In this document: positions 38,152 to 50,260 of the stretch, one piece after another
How positions within the stretch are numbered: position 1 is the stretch's first letter
Layout of the letters: each line of letters opens with the position of its first letter
Origin: Podarcis erhardii
Taxonomy: Eukaryota
Direction: 5' to 3' (one strand)
Assembly: GCA_964252035.1 (NCBI GenBank)
Contig: OZ176204.1
Length of the DNA: 64,000 bases
Program-made: the position numbers and the translations under genes
Notes under the pieces: generated by a model
What the model was told of the DNA's origin: nothing
Seen by the model: only the letters and a program-made list of their open reading frames with translations
Database searches by the model: none

Positions 38152-38649
38152 TAATAAGGTACCACTGTAATAACGGTTGCAATCAGACCATTTTAGATCA
38201 TCTCTTTGAGACCTGAGGCTCAAATATGGCATTCCAGACCCTTGAGATTTTTCCTAGGCCACACCCACCGCTCAGCCACACCCTCTTTCCATAAGCCACA
38301 CCCCTCATTAGCCTTGCCTTCCTATCCTGCTTTGCTTGTCTGGAATGTGTTCTCAGACATTGGCTTTAACTCTTGCTTGCCTGGATGGAGAATAAAAAGC
38401 AATGTGAGAGTATGTTTAGAAACCAGCCTACTGTACAGAGGTAACATTTATATTAATTACTCAATTTCTGCCTCTGGACCTGCCCACTACTGGCCTGTGT
38501 GCCCCCCCCCCCAAGAATGCTGCACAGAAGGGATTTTGGAACCCTACTCTACAGGAACGGAATATTCAGAGACACTTGGAATTTAATAAAATACCATGCA
38601 AAGTGAAAAATGGAACCATAAACAGTAAGAAACAAAATTAGCAATATTC

Positions 38650-39440
38650 AAACAAAGCAATACTCCCATTTGGGGCACAATATTCAATTTTTAGATTGGG
38701 AAAGGTGATGGAAAACTGATCTGAAATTCTCAGTATGCTGCATGCTGAAAGAAAACTATATGAAATGAAAATGATGTACAGGTGATATTTAACTCCTAGT
38801 AAGTTAGTAAAAATGTATAAGACAAGTACAAATACCTGCTGGAAATGTAAAGAAAAAGAAGGTATATTTTATCATATGTGGTGGTCATGCAAAGTAGTAA
38901 AACCATTCTGGGAAATGATATATAATGAATTGAAAAAAAAATGTTTAAAATAACTTTTATATAAAAACAAACAAACCAGCAGCTTTCTTATCAGGAATTG
39001 TAGGTATCGATATCCCAAAGGAGCAGAAAAGACTCTTTATGTATGCGACAACAGCTGCACTGATGCTATTAGCCCAGAGATGGAAAGAAGACAGAGAGGA
39101 ATGGCAAACCAAGCTGGTGGACTACGCCAAAATGGCAAACTGACCGGAAAGCTCAGGAACTAAGAAGACAAAAACTTTAAGAAAGAATGGGAAGACCACT
39201 GTAAGCAGATGAAAACATTACCAGGATTTTAATAACACTTGGAATGTAACAATCACCATGGACAGATACAAAATATGGATTATGAAATAATATGAATCTG
39301 AAAATGTTGAGAATAAGACCCATAGAGGGGGTGGTGGGAAGTCTGGAGATTCAGAGAAATTTCTAAATGTGGATATTTACTTGATATTGTTATAACTCTA
39401 CACTTGTAAAATCAAATAAAAATATTTTTTTAAAAAATAA
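38650..39440 (+). mobile_element. Decayed L1 LINE 3' fragment
   Basis: LTPSKLVKMYKTSTNTCWKCKEKEGIFYHMWWSCKVVKPFWEMIYNELKK (L1 ORF2 Cys-rich motif) with frameshifts; A-rich end. Confidence 0.85.
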
Positions 39441-39544
39441 ATCAACAAAGCAGTGCTCCCACCCACTAATGAGCAGATAAACAAAGCCTCAAACCCCCCC
39501 CCCCGTCAAAAAACCACTCACACTGAACCAACATTTCCCACCTC

Positions 39545-39830
39545 CAGTGCCGGGTTTATGTATAAGCTAAACAAGCTATAGCTTAGGGCCCTACTCTCTT
39601 GCCCCCCTAATATACCTCTTCTTAATTGTATTTCACTATTAACATACTTCTTAATTGTATTTCAGTTCAACAAGTACTTTGATAAAATACGTATTTTGTT
39701 ATGTGCAAATGGCTTTAGATACATATTCAGCACAAAAAACAGTGACAATCTGTTGTTGACAAAGGACAGCTGGACATATAAAGGGCCCCATTACCTTCAG
39801 TAGCTTAGAGCTTCATCAAATCTGGCCCTG
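39545..39830. mobile_element. Non-autonomous DNA transposon (MITE)
   Basis: CAGTGCCGGGTTT ... AAATCTGGCCCTG imperfect TIRs; TAGCTTAG near both ends. Confidence 0.6.
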
Positions 39831-39966
39831 CCAACCTCCCCTTAAGCTTCCCACCCCACTCAAAAAACTGGCATCAGGCCAGCAATGGGTGGGTTCAGGG
39901 TCCTCCTTCAGGGAGTCAGAAGGTGGTATTCAATCCAATTAAATTAATGAACATGATTGAATAAGT

Positions 39967-40168
39967 TACAGATAGGTAGCCGTGTTGGTCTGCCATAGTC
40001 AAAACAAAACAAATTCCTTCCAGTAGCACCTTGAAGACCAACTAAGTCAGTTCTTGGTATGAGCTTTCGTGTGCATGCATCTGAAGAAGTGTGCATGCAC
40101 ACGAAAGCTCATACCAAGAACTGACTTAGTTGGTCTTTAAGGTGCTACTGGAAGGAATTTGTTTTGTT
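39967..40168. mobile_element. Penelope-like inverted terminal-repeat insertion with 14-bp TSD
   Basis: 77-bp arms (40003-40079 / 40092-40168, one mismatch); ATGATTGAATAAGT at 39953-39966 and 40169-40182; shares GTAGGTAGCCGTGTTGGTCTG-type end with 62140-62323. Confidence 0.85.
40081..40115 (+). ncRNA. Minimal hammerhead ribozyme core (stem I disrupted)
   Basis: CTGAAGA-A-GTGTGCATGCACAC-GAAAGCTC|ATACC; the upstream stem I strand is replaced by TGCAT. Confidence 0.6.
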
Positions 40169-41073
40169 ATGATTGAATAAGTGAGTCTGTTCTGAGCAAA
40201 ACTTAGTTGACTATTACCCAGAAACTCTTGGCAATCTACTGCAAAACACCCAAAGATTTACCACAATTGCCCTGAATCTACCTCTGGTTCCTCATTCTTG
40301 ATGGAAACAGCTTATTCATGCAAATGAAGTTTTCACTGTGGTCACATCCACACCATATATTTAAAGCACATTATGCCCCCCAAAAGTATCGTGTGAACTT
40401 CAGGTTGTTGAGAATCGCAGCTCTATGAGGAGTAACCAACAGTTTCCAGGAGTCTTGGGGGGAAGCCACGAGCTTCAAATGTGCATTTAGTGTATCATGT
40501 AGATGTAACCTTTATTTACTACTATCACCTGAGCATTTTCATGAGCTCACAGTGCATTTGGGGGCCTTTGGAGAAACATAATGGAAACTCTTTAGAAATA
40601 GATCTCTCCAGACTCAAGGCAAAAGTCGTTAAATGCCCCTTTGTTTATCTGCACAATCGTTTTCATGAGAGGAGGAACTTTTGCTTCATCTGTTCCTGGC
40701 GCTTATTTCCCACCTGAGCTGGGTTTATGACAGCATAATCATTTCCACAGCAACCGGAATCCTGACATGAGGTGAGAGAGATGGTTGGCAGGATGAGGCG
40801 AGGTGTGCAGATGAAGCAAATGATCTCTTGGGAAACAAAGCTCCCTTTTCACGTACATATACGTCTTATGGACCCAGCCAAGTACGAAGAAAGAAAGCAG
40901 AACTGAAAAGCAGAACGGTCTACAAAAGGCAGGCATGGAAGCATCCCTGTTTTCTTTGTCTACCACTTTCTCTCTTACAAATATTTTAAACAATGATAAT
41001 GGTGGAAGAATATGGAACATGTCACACCAACTTCAATGGGGAACCTTTTTGTTAAGGCAGAGGTTGGGGATGG

Positions 41074-42003
41074 TGTCATGGACTGACTGGAAACAAGAGG
41101 TGTGATGGGCGGCACCAGCTAGGGAATCTCCAAGGGAAGAAGGCTCAGAGACAGGGGATTGGTGGTGGGAGGATGATGAGCAGTTAGAGAGAGAAGAGGG
41201 AGCAGACTAGGAGGAGGTGACAGAAGCTGAAGAGGTAACAAGGTTTGGTGAGCAGGAAGAGGCTGTGGCAGAGAGCAGTCCAGACTCCGAGGCAGAAGTG
41301 GAGGCTGGAAGGAGGGGGACCAAGATACAGTGATGAGTCTTCCCTCTTGCTGTTTCCAGCTCCCCTCCCCCTGGTCTCACAGAACTGGAAGTGGCATGAA
41401 GAGAGCAGAGCAAAGGCAGGCAGGGTCTCAGAGTGCTTTGGAAGAATCTGGGATAGGAGGTGGGGCTACCTTTGAAGGTGACCCGGAAACTACAACTAAT
41501 CCAGAATGCGGCAGCTAGACTAGTGACTGGGAGCGGCCACCGAGACCATATAACACCGGTCTTGAAAGACCTCCACTGGCTCCCAGTACATTTCAGAGCA
41601 CAATTCAGAGTTGGTACTGACCTTTAAAGCCCTAAACAGCCTCGGTCCAGTATACCTGAAGGAGCATCTCCACCTCCATCGTTCTGTCTGGACACTGAGG
41701 TCCAGCGCCGAGGGCCTTCTGGTGGTTCCCTCGCTGCGAGAACCCAAGTTACAGGGAACCAGGCAGAGGCTTTCTCGGTAGTGGCACCCGCCCTGTGGAA
41801 TGCCCTCCCACCAGATGTCAAAGAGAAAAATAACTACCAGACTTTTAGAAGACATCTAAGGCAGCCCTGTTTAGGGAAGCTTTTAATGTTTAATAGGTTA
41901 TTGCATTTTAGTGTTTTGTTGGAAGCCGCCCAGAGCGGCTGGGGAAACCCAGCCAGATGGGTGGGGTATAAATAATATATTATTATTATTATTATTGTTA
42001 TTG

Positions 42004-42039
<36 letters not shown>

Positions 42040-42216
42040 GGGCATTATGGGAGGTTCAGCCCTCACAACTGCCTCATTGGGGCAAGATCTATCGGGATGA
42101 TTTGCTGTGATCACCAGGCCTGGCCTTCTGAGCCAACCTTGTTTCTTTGAATAAAGAGTGAACTTCACTGACGCTCTGTGAGTTATTGCTGACCAGCTCT
42201 GGCCCCTCTCCTGACA
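41074..42216 (+). mobile_element. Solo LTR-like element (TGTCA...TGACA) interrupted by L2
   Basis: Starts TGTCATGG at 41074; resumes after the L2 tail with AATAAAGAG and ends CCTGACA at 42216; no TSD. Confidence 0.6.
41461..42039 (+). mobile_element. L2 LINE 3' fragment
   Basis: GLPLKVTRKLQLIQNAAARLVTGSGHRDHITPVLKDLHWLPV, the diagnostic L2 HITPVLxxLHWLP motif; (TTA)n tail. Confidence 0.92.
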
Positions 42217-42676
42217 GGAAGCCTAATTCCTTGGAGGGCTTTTCTCCCCAAAAGAGTCTATATGGGATAGTTCTCAGGGGGCAATAAGGGCAACAACAGG
42301 AAGGTGAGGTGGGTAGCGCCCCTACTGGCCTAAGACTGGGGGTGGGGGAAAAATTCAATGCAGTTCATGTTTAAAGCCAAATCTATCAAACACACACTTT
42401 CCAAAGCGATATGAGAACTGAAACACAGCCATCCTCTGAAGTTCACACTTATCCAGATTTTGCTTGCAGTATTCCAACCAAACAATGTTTACTGAAATGC
42501 ATGTATCAGGAGAAAATGTACATAAACCACTTTGAGACGTTTGTGGTTTGTGTGTGCGTGTGTTACAGTCAACCGGTGTATAAAAAATTTGAGAAAGTTA
42601 TGAAATAAAAATGAGTATCTTACTGAAAATAGCATACAAGAAATGCCTTATATTAGGATGGGGCAAATATGCATTA

Positions 42677-42818
42677 TCATAGAATAGCTGAGTTGGAAGG
42701 GGCCCTGAGGATCATCTAGTCCAACCCCCTGCAATGCAGGAATAAGCAGTTGTCCTTTACAGGGATCAAACCTGCAACCTTGTCATTATCAGTATCAAAC
42801 TCTAACCAACTGGACTAT
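42677..42818 (-). mobile_element. tRNA-head / CR1-tail short SINE
   Basis: Minus strand: TAGTCCAGTTGGTTAGAG...GGTTTGATCCC head, then TTGGACTAGATGATCCTCAGGGCCCCTTCCAACTC...TTCTATGA. Confidence 0.65.
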
Positions 42819-43792
42819 TCTAGTTTCTAGTCCAAACTGCATACAGAAAAGTATTTATTAAGAGAGATTCGCACTAAAATGCTGATGAATTTCCATGAGG
42901 TGGGGGAGGGGGAAGGGAGCCGATTGCTGCAGAAATGTGGAGAGCTGATTTTAATATTAGAAAAATAGGAGAACCAAAATTGACAGGTACTTCCATCGCT
43001 ACCTAAATCACACAGCGCATACAGAAAAATGCACATGGTGAAGGAAAGGAAAAACATTTTTGGTTTTTTTTGTTATCAACCAACCTCGGTTTTATTTTAC
43101 CATTTCAGGCAGTTTTGTGCACGGCAAAGGCTTCTCCTTTTGGGGAGTTTACTTGGTATTATCTAGTCAGTGGATATTATTTTGTGGACAGTCAGGTGTC
43201 CACCAGTGTTTGATCAAGAAGTGGGGAGGAAAGAAATCACTCCTGCGCTGCCAGGTTCCATGATGTACTGAGCTGTGGGGGTGTCTGCATGGACGGGTCC
43301 CCTGGTCCCCGGCTAATTACCTACTTCAGAGCACCAGAGCTGCACAAATGATAAAATCGTTCCGAAGAAGCAAACGCTTGAGATGGAATAAACTGAATAA
43401 AACTGTCAGCTGAATAGATTATTGACCACCTCACCTTTATGTCTGGAAACAATCAGAGTGGAGGGAAGGGAGAAAAATACTCCCTTTCCTATGCCAGGTG
43501 AATAAATTGGATTAAGCCCACACGGCTAAAATTTAGAATCTGTGTCTCTTGTGGGTATATTCACTGTAATGCAGATTTAATATTTAGACAGAGACATATA
43601 TATTGTGCACATGGAGGCCGGCAGCTCTTGCTCTTATACTGCAGAGGACATAAATGAGGGTGGGGGTAGCAGTCTAATATGTGGGAGCTGCATATATTTA
43701 TAGACACATCCCTGTGTTTATAACGCCTTGTCTTTGTCCTTTGTCTGTGCCCTTTCTCTCATGTACATATTTACTCCTTCCGTTTGCTCATA

Positions 43793-44133
43793 CACAGAAT
43801 CACAGAATTGTAGAATGGGAAGGGACCCCGGGGGTCATCTAGTCCAACCCCCGGCAATGCAGGAATCACATCTAAATAATTCCTGACAGATGGCCATCCA
43901 GCCTCTGCTTAAAAACATCCAAGGAAGGAGAGTCCACCATCTTTCCAACAGAGTCTGTTTCTCTGTCAAACAGCTCTTACCACCAGAAAGTTCTTCCTAA
44001 TGTTTAGGTGGAATCTCCTTTCTTGTAATTTGAAAATTTGAATCCATTGGTTTGGGGCCTAGCCTCCAGAGCATCAGAAAACAATCCTGCTCCATCTTCC
44101 CTGTGACAGCCCTTTAGATATTTGAAGGTGGCT
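43793..44133 (-). mobile_element. CR1 LINE 3' fragment
   Basis: (ATTCTGTG)2 octamer-type tail on the minus strand and TTGGACTAGATGACCCC terminal motif. Confidence 0.8.
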
Positions 44134-44239
44134 AGGGGTTTTAGATTATTGGCAAAACATTTTTTGTGGTGTTTTTCCTTATCACATTTTCTCTGGAAAT
44201 TTTCTCTGGAAATGATAAACCTGAATTAAATGGGGATTA

Positions 44240-44648
44240 CTGGACCATAAAGAAGTCTGATCGTTGAAGAATTGATGCTTTTGAATTATGGTGCTGGAGG
44301 AGACTATTGAGAGTCCCATGGACTGCAAGAAGATCAAACCTATCCATTCTTAAGGAAATCAGCCCTGAGTGCTCACTGGAAGGACAGATCGTGAAGCTGA
44401 GGCTCCAATACTTTGGCCACCTCAAGAGAAGAGAAGACTCCCTGGAAAAGACCTTGATGTTGGGAAAGATTGAGGGCACAAGGAGAAGGGGACGACAGAG
44501 GACGAGATGGTTGGACAGTGTTCTCGAAGCTTCCAGCATGAGTTTGACCAAACTGCGGGAGGCAGTGGAAGACAGGAGTACCTGGCATGCTATGGTCCAT
44601 GGGGTCATGAAGAGTCGGACACGACTAAATGACTAAACAACAAACAAC
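44240..44648 (+). mobile_element. Bov-B LINE 3' fragment
   Basis: ORF 44307-44636 RVPWTARRSNLSILKEISPECSLEG...KSRTRLND; CAA tail. Confidence 0.95.
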
Positions 44649-44754
44649 AGGGGCAGAGAAATACAGGTTGGGATTTTGATGCTAATGATATTGTGAGGAC
44701 ACTGCAAGAAAATGTGTGTGTTTGAGGAGCACCACAACAAACACCATCTGGAAG

Positions 44755-45123
44755 CAGAGCTGTGCCAATCTGTCAGTTTCAGTTGCTTTCAGTTTCTCAT
44801 TTTTCTAGTCTTAAATTCAATTCTCTACACTTCCACGCCAATTTGTGATTTTTAAAAAAGCAGTCTTACTGAAAATTCATCAGTACTTTAGTATGAAGCC
44901 ATTTCCCCTAAGTATGCATTCTTCTTTTTTTTGCTATTTTCGGTTTCCCCTGGCATTTGCATTGTTGTACACATTACTTTGCTGGAGAGCTGAGTTGTAA
45001 AATTCAGAGGCGTGCGTCGTTCAAAGGATGGCTGTGTTTCAGTTTGCTTATTGCTTCAGAAAGTGTGAATCATATAGGTTAGTCTTTAAATACAAAGTGA
45101 ATTGAATTTTGCTCCCACCTCTA
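44755..45123. mobile_element. Old MITE, same family as 7037-7412
   Basis: Shared AAATTCAGAG...AAGGATGGCTG...TTTGCTTATTG segment. A related reverse-oriented relic lies at about 46030-46350. Confidence 0.55.
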
Positions 45124-47567
45124 TCTGGAAGCACCCAATATCTTCCTCTTAACTCCAAGAAAAGATGGGGTTTAAAAGTCTGAGTTACATTTTCTTAAAG
45201 CAGATTGTAATGATACGGCTTCTTTTCTTTATCGTTTCTGCCCCAATGTAAAATATTTTTATGGACATGGGATATGCCACACTGCTGTTATTTTAAAGCT
45301 ACACATCTCAAAAGAAACAGGAAACTCTATGACTTATTCCTAAAGCACATAAAAACGACAAGTCAGCCTCTGTATTTCTGATCTTTCTTTCTTTCTTTTT
45401 TTAAAAAATGGATTCAGTGCTGTTCGCTGATGGTCAGTTTTACCTGCATTTTATGAAAGGAGCAGTCTACACCAGCCCACTCTATATTTCCTGTAATTCT
45501 CATTCCATATAGCTCCCTTGGGGATTTTGTTCTTAAATTGCATATTTGAGACAAGCCATTTGACTTATTACCGTGACATGATTTATACTTCATTATTAGT
45601 AATTTGCCTCAGGATTCTGATTATAATGGCACCTTTTATCATGTTTAATCATTTTAGTACAGTTTCTTTACTTAATGTGGCTCTCTCCCGGAGCTACTAT
45701 CAAAACTTTGCCTAAAGTGAAATTCAAAAAGTCCTCCTAAAGCATAGCATCTGTGGACATTTCAAGGGAAGCTAAGAGACAATGGGCAACACTCCTCTGT
45801 GGGATGGGGGAAGAATTTTGCACATCTTAACTCATTGATTTGTTTTTTTCATTGTCAGCGCTCAAAGCAAAATCAATCACCTGTCACACCAAATAGAACA
45901 TTTAGTGGAGCATCACACGAATGGGGAGAGGGGCTATGGGAAGAGACAGGCTATGGTGCAGAGTTGAAAGTGTCTGAGCCCAGTATGTCCCTAAGCTAGG
46001 GATATGTGGGAGAATTCAATTCAGCTTGCATTTAAAGGCAAATCTTTGCAAAACTATATGGGACCCAAAAGCATAGCCATTCCTCAAATGTCACCCTCCT
46101 CCAAATTTTTCAGTGCCGTTCTCCAGCCAAGTAATATGTCCAAATTTAACGTAATGGGGTACATGAAAATCCATATGCAAATAGCATACAAAATTACCTT
46201 ATTTTAGCAGAAATGGCTTTGCGGAAGTGTCTATGTTGAGTAAAGTAGCATACAAACATTGGGAGAAATTGGCTCTGAAATGCTAATTAATTTTCATGAG
46301 GACTTTTTAAAATTGCAAACTGATGTGGAGATGAAGAGAACTGAACTTAAGGTTGGGGGAGGGGGATTAAATAGAGAGAGAAAGAAATAGACTGATTCAC
46401 TCATCCCTACCCTAAATGTGCCATTAGGCTCATCTCTGATTATTTGGCCTTTGAAAAGCATTACCTTCATCTGCCTTTGAAGGTCCCACATCACCCTGCC
46501 AACAAATAATCCAGATTTTTTTATTAGCGCACAGGCAGGAAAGAGCCAGTGGGTGTGGGCATTTTGAAATTTGCTGATAACTGTACCTTTAGAAGTGAGT
46601 GACCAATGCAAGAACAAATCTTCCTCTTGAGGTTTGCAGACAAGGCAAAATGCAACAGACAGGACGAGCTGCAATGCCTTAAGCATGCTGGTTGTCTAGT
46701 TGATGCTGCCTCTCCATGTTTAAATGCCCAGGACCATATCTTTCCTCTTGGGCACTTGCTTGAGGTTCCCCACTGACATCAGGGGCGTCAGTGCTTTCAT
46801 GTCTCAAAGAATCACTCAGCCCATCATCACCAGTCTCTGGGATGGAGAAACCAAGTTAAAGCTAGAGGGGGCAGAGGGGAGGGTGGAGGGGGTGTTGGTT
46901 CCTAATTTGGAAGCCCAGAGCAGTGACGATGTCAGCATTACAAGATCACTCCCGACATTATATTTCTGATGGGGGACAGCAGTGGAGGAATGGAGTGAGA
47001 AAATAAAAATAGCCCATCTGATGGCCAGACCAGAACCATCTGAGATGCACATTTCCCCCCCTCTTCCCCAAGTCATGTCTGCCACATTCTGCCGTTTGTG
47101 TGGTTATGACTTTGCTTGTGTTGAGCTTTGCATAATTCCACTGACATGTGTGCAGAGATCCTTTAGTCTATTTCTTGTGGACATCCATCTCTTGCTATCA
47201 GAGTGCAGACATTCCACAGCAAACGTAAGTTGGCAATCGCAGGAGGACAGTGTTTAGGAAAGGGCTGTTCTATGTAGGTTTGGACACCAGTCTGCATCAT
47301 GGTTTTCTTGTTCCACTTCTCTGCTGTTAGAATTATCCATGTGCTGCTGGAGAGAGAAGGCAGGATCACAAGGGTAGGAAGGAAGATCTCTGTCAGTGCC
47401 TGTAGTAGCTCTCAAACTTGAGAGCTGCTGTTACAGTCACCCAGAATAATCCGAAGTGCTTGCAAAGGCTGTATGGAAAGATAACAGCTTCATTGCAGAG
47501 ATCTTTCTTTCATAGTATCTGGCTCCCCTCCCTTCCCTGTGTACTATGAAGTCAAAGGCAGCATTTG

Positions 47568-47700
47568 NNNNNNNNNNNNNNNNNNNNNNNNNNNNNNNNN
47601 NNNNNNNNNNNNNNNNNNNNNNNNNNNNNNNNNNNNNNNNNNNNNNNNNNNNNNNNNNNNNNNNNNNNNNNNNNNNNNNNNNNNNNNNNNNNNNNNNNNN
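47568..47700. other. Assembly gap (133 N)
   Basis: Direct reading; abuts a minus-strand L2-like tail at about 47701-47775. Confidence 1.
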
Positions 47701-48109
47701 GGTTGTCCCAGCCACATTGGGCAGTTTCCAACAAATTAAACACACTAAGCACAGTAAAACATCAAACATTTCCTTTGAGATATTAGGGGATTAAGTTCTG
47801 AAGGGTCCAAATAATTTATGATACCCTAGTAAGAAAACAAGAGCAGATGAACTCATTTCACGTTGGTTCGTTAGAATCCCTTTGCCAATGGGATGCTGGC
47901 AAAACAGTATGGAAATGCAGAAGACATTTTTACCCATATTTCTCACTCATTTGACAAATACATAATCTATGTTCCAGCCTGTATATGAGGAAAAGCTGGA
48001 GGAAATGGTTTCCCAGAGATATAGGTGCTGTGAACGTTTGTTAAAAGGCCTGACTAATATTATTCATTCATTTTAATCCCACCAAGGAGATCAAGGTGGA
48101 ATACATGAT

Positions 48110-48252
48110 CATCATACTCCCCATTTTATTTGCACAAAAAATTAGAGACTATGACTGGCCCAAGGTCACCCAGTGAACTTTATGGCTGAGTGAGGATTTG
48201 AACCCTGGTCTCCCAGATCTTAGTCCAGCATTCTAACCACTACACCACAGTG
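48110..48252 (-). mobile_element. Old MIR-like SINE
   Basis: CCCAAGGTCACCCAG CORE-like motif; GGATTTGAACCC B-box complement; TAACCACTACACCACA A-box complement. Confidence 0.65.
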
Positions 48253-49252
48253 ACTCCATATCTGCAGATCCCTCTTTGTGAGCAAGATCAGCATGGCATG
48301 CCCCTGTTTACGTCAATCCCAGGAGCGTTACCATTCCCTAAGGCCCCAAAACTCATCATGGGGGACAGGAGGCACTGATCAGTACCAGCTTCAGTGAAGC
48401 ATTTCCTCTGCCCCATCAGAGACTAGAGCTTTGTATGTAATTCTCACCATGAGGAAGGCCCTCAGAGAACCTTCTCTTTGACAGAAATGATGTGTGAAGT
48501 ATTAGTTTCCCACTGGGGAGTCTGAGCTCCGCTGAGAACACTTGCTGCAGTCTCCTTCTCAAGCCCCAAGGTATGTTGAAAACTATTTCAACTGAAAAAT
48601 GGAATCGGCACCAAAGGCTATCATTAGAAATTCCATGGCATGGAATTCAATGCATAGGAGTGTCTAATTTGGCAAAGGTTGTTTGTTTCTTAACCTCAGA
48701 ATTGGGAATGATCCTCATCCCTCCTTAGGAGTCATTTGCTAATCATTAGGGATGTATGCCCCTCTGTGACATCAGAACTGACACAATGGCAGGCAGAGAA
48801 GTTGTGACATATCAGGTCTGCCTCAAGGCTTCTTCTGTCACCAACAAACTTCTATGCTTAGGAGTACACAGCTGATTTGAAATTAATCTCAAGGGGTATC
48901 CTGGGAGATTACCCAAGACCTTCTTCTGTTACCAGTTTATTCTACTATCATTGACATTAGTATTGTTTGCACAGCACCATCAATGCATATAGCCAATTAT
49001 CACAAATAATAATGCATTCTTTTATTTTGTATCATGCCCTTTCTCCAAGAGCTCAGGATGACAAACATCACCCCTCCTATACCACCTTCCTAACAACCCT
49101 GTTTAGGAAGTTTAGTCTGAAAGAGAGGGACTTGCCTAAGAATTTGAATCTGGGTCTCTCCAATACTCAACCCACACCTGCAAAATAATTCCCTTCTTCC
49201 TGTTTTCTTCCTGATTTCTCAGTCATATAGGTCCCTTTATATTATACACATA

Positions 49253-49253
<1 letters not shown>

Positions 49254-49317
<64 letters not shown>
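49254..49317. repeat. (GT)n(GA)n compound microsatellite
   Basis: Direct reading; similar compound repeats at about 52510-52561 and 60047-60121. Confidence 0.95.
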
Positions 49318-49320
<3 letters not shown>

Positions 49321-49977
49321 TGACCCCAACCACTGCTTGCATGTGGCTCCCAGAAAGTTAGTGTCAATGGAATATGGCCTTTGGAGTGAAAATGTTCTCC
49401 TGGCCTTGCTTTACAGCATAATCTAAGCTTACAAAACAACAACCAAAGAGCTCCCTGTTCTCTAAGAAGCTTCCAAGCTAAGTCTTACATCTCTATGACA
49501 CTTGGTGACCCATTCACATTGGTTCCTAGGCCATCCCTTGGCAACCAGTGCTGTAAGAACAACAGACGTCTGATGATTCTGCATTTTGCTAGCTTAGTGG
49601 GAGTTTTGTTATAATGAGAGCATGCACAGATAACATTTGCATTACTGTCTGAGCCTCAGCCTCTGATGCCTGATCAAGCCTTCATCGGATGCCTTGAGTA
49701 TTTTGATTATAATCTGATAACGACAAGGAAAAGGCTGAATGGGCAAGGTCACCGCCAGTAGGAATGAGATAAAAGCAGCAGAGATTCCCTCCACAACCAT
49801 TCCGTTCCGCTCTTCGTTTCCTTTTTTCATTCCAGGGGAACGGACATTTGTTGTTTCCATGTGCAGCACCCCGACTGCTGGGCAGAGGAAATCTATACTG
49901 TTTGGGGCCACCTTTGGTGCTGTGAACTTTTCACAAAGCAAGGGAGCTGGGGAAGTTGTGACACTCTTGTGGCTTAC

Positions 49978-50260
49978 CCCACCGGCGATGCAGGCTGAAC
50001 TCTTATAAATCATTCTGATTTATCTTGAGAGTTAGTGTTCGAGCAAAGGGAGCTTTGGCGTTTCATTATTTCAAAAGTGGCCTCGGATTGATGGCCACGG
50101 GAAACAGAGGGTGCCATCGCAGTCACCTTTACCCTGCCTGGCCTCCAAAGTAATCAGATTGGATTCTGCTCCCCTGGTAACAACGTTGTCTCTCGCTTCA
50201 TCCTCAACATCCCTCTTTAAATATTCTCCAAGCGCTCTTCATACCAGAAATGGCTGCCCC
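49978..50260 (-). other. Candidate exon (283 nt), non-coding or UTR-containing
   Basis: Acceptor ttttctttgttcctttgcag|G at 50260; donor GGG|gtaagc at 49978; stops in all three frames; locally CpG-rich. Confidence 0.3.

Noticed and set aside
42316-42330. CTCF-like GGCCAGTAGGGGCGC on the minus strand
   Set aside because: One G short of the CCASYAGRKGGCR spacing, which misregisters the 3' core.
5206-44648. All four Bov-B copies on the + strand as evidence of host-gene orientation
   Set aside because: 4/4 has two-sided probability 0.125, and other LINEs occur on both strands.
47437-47794. ORFs spanning the N run
   Set aside because: Artefacts of translating through the assembly gap.
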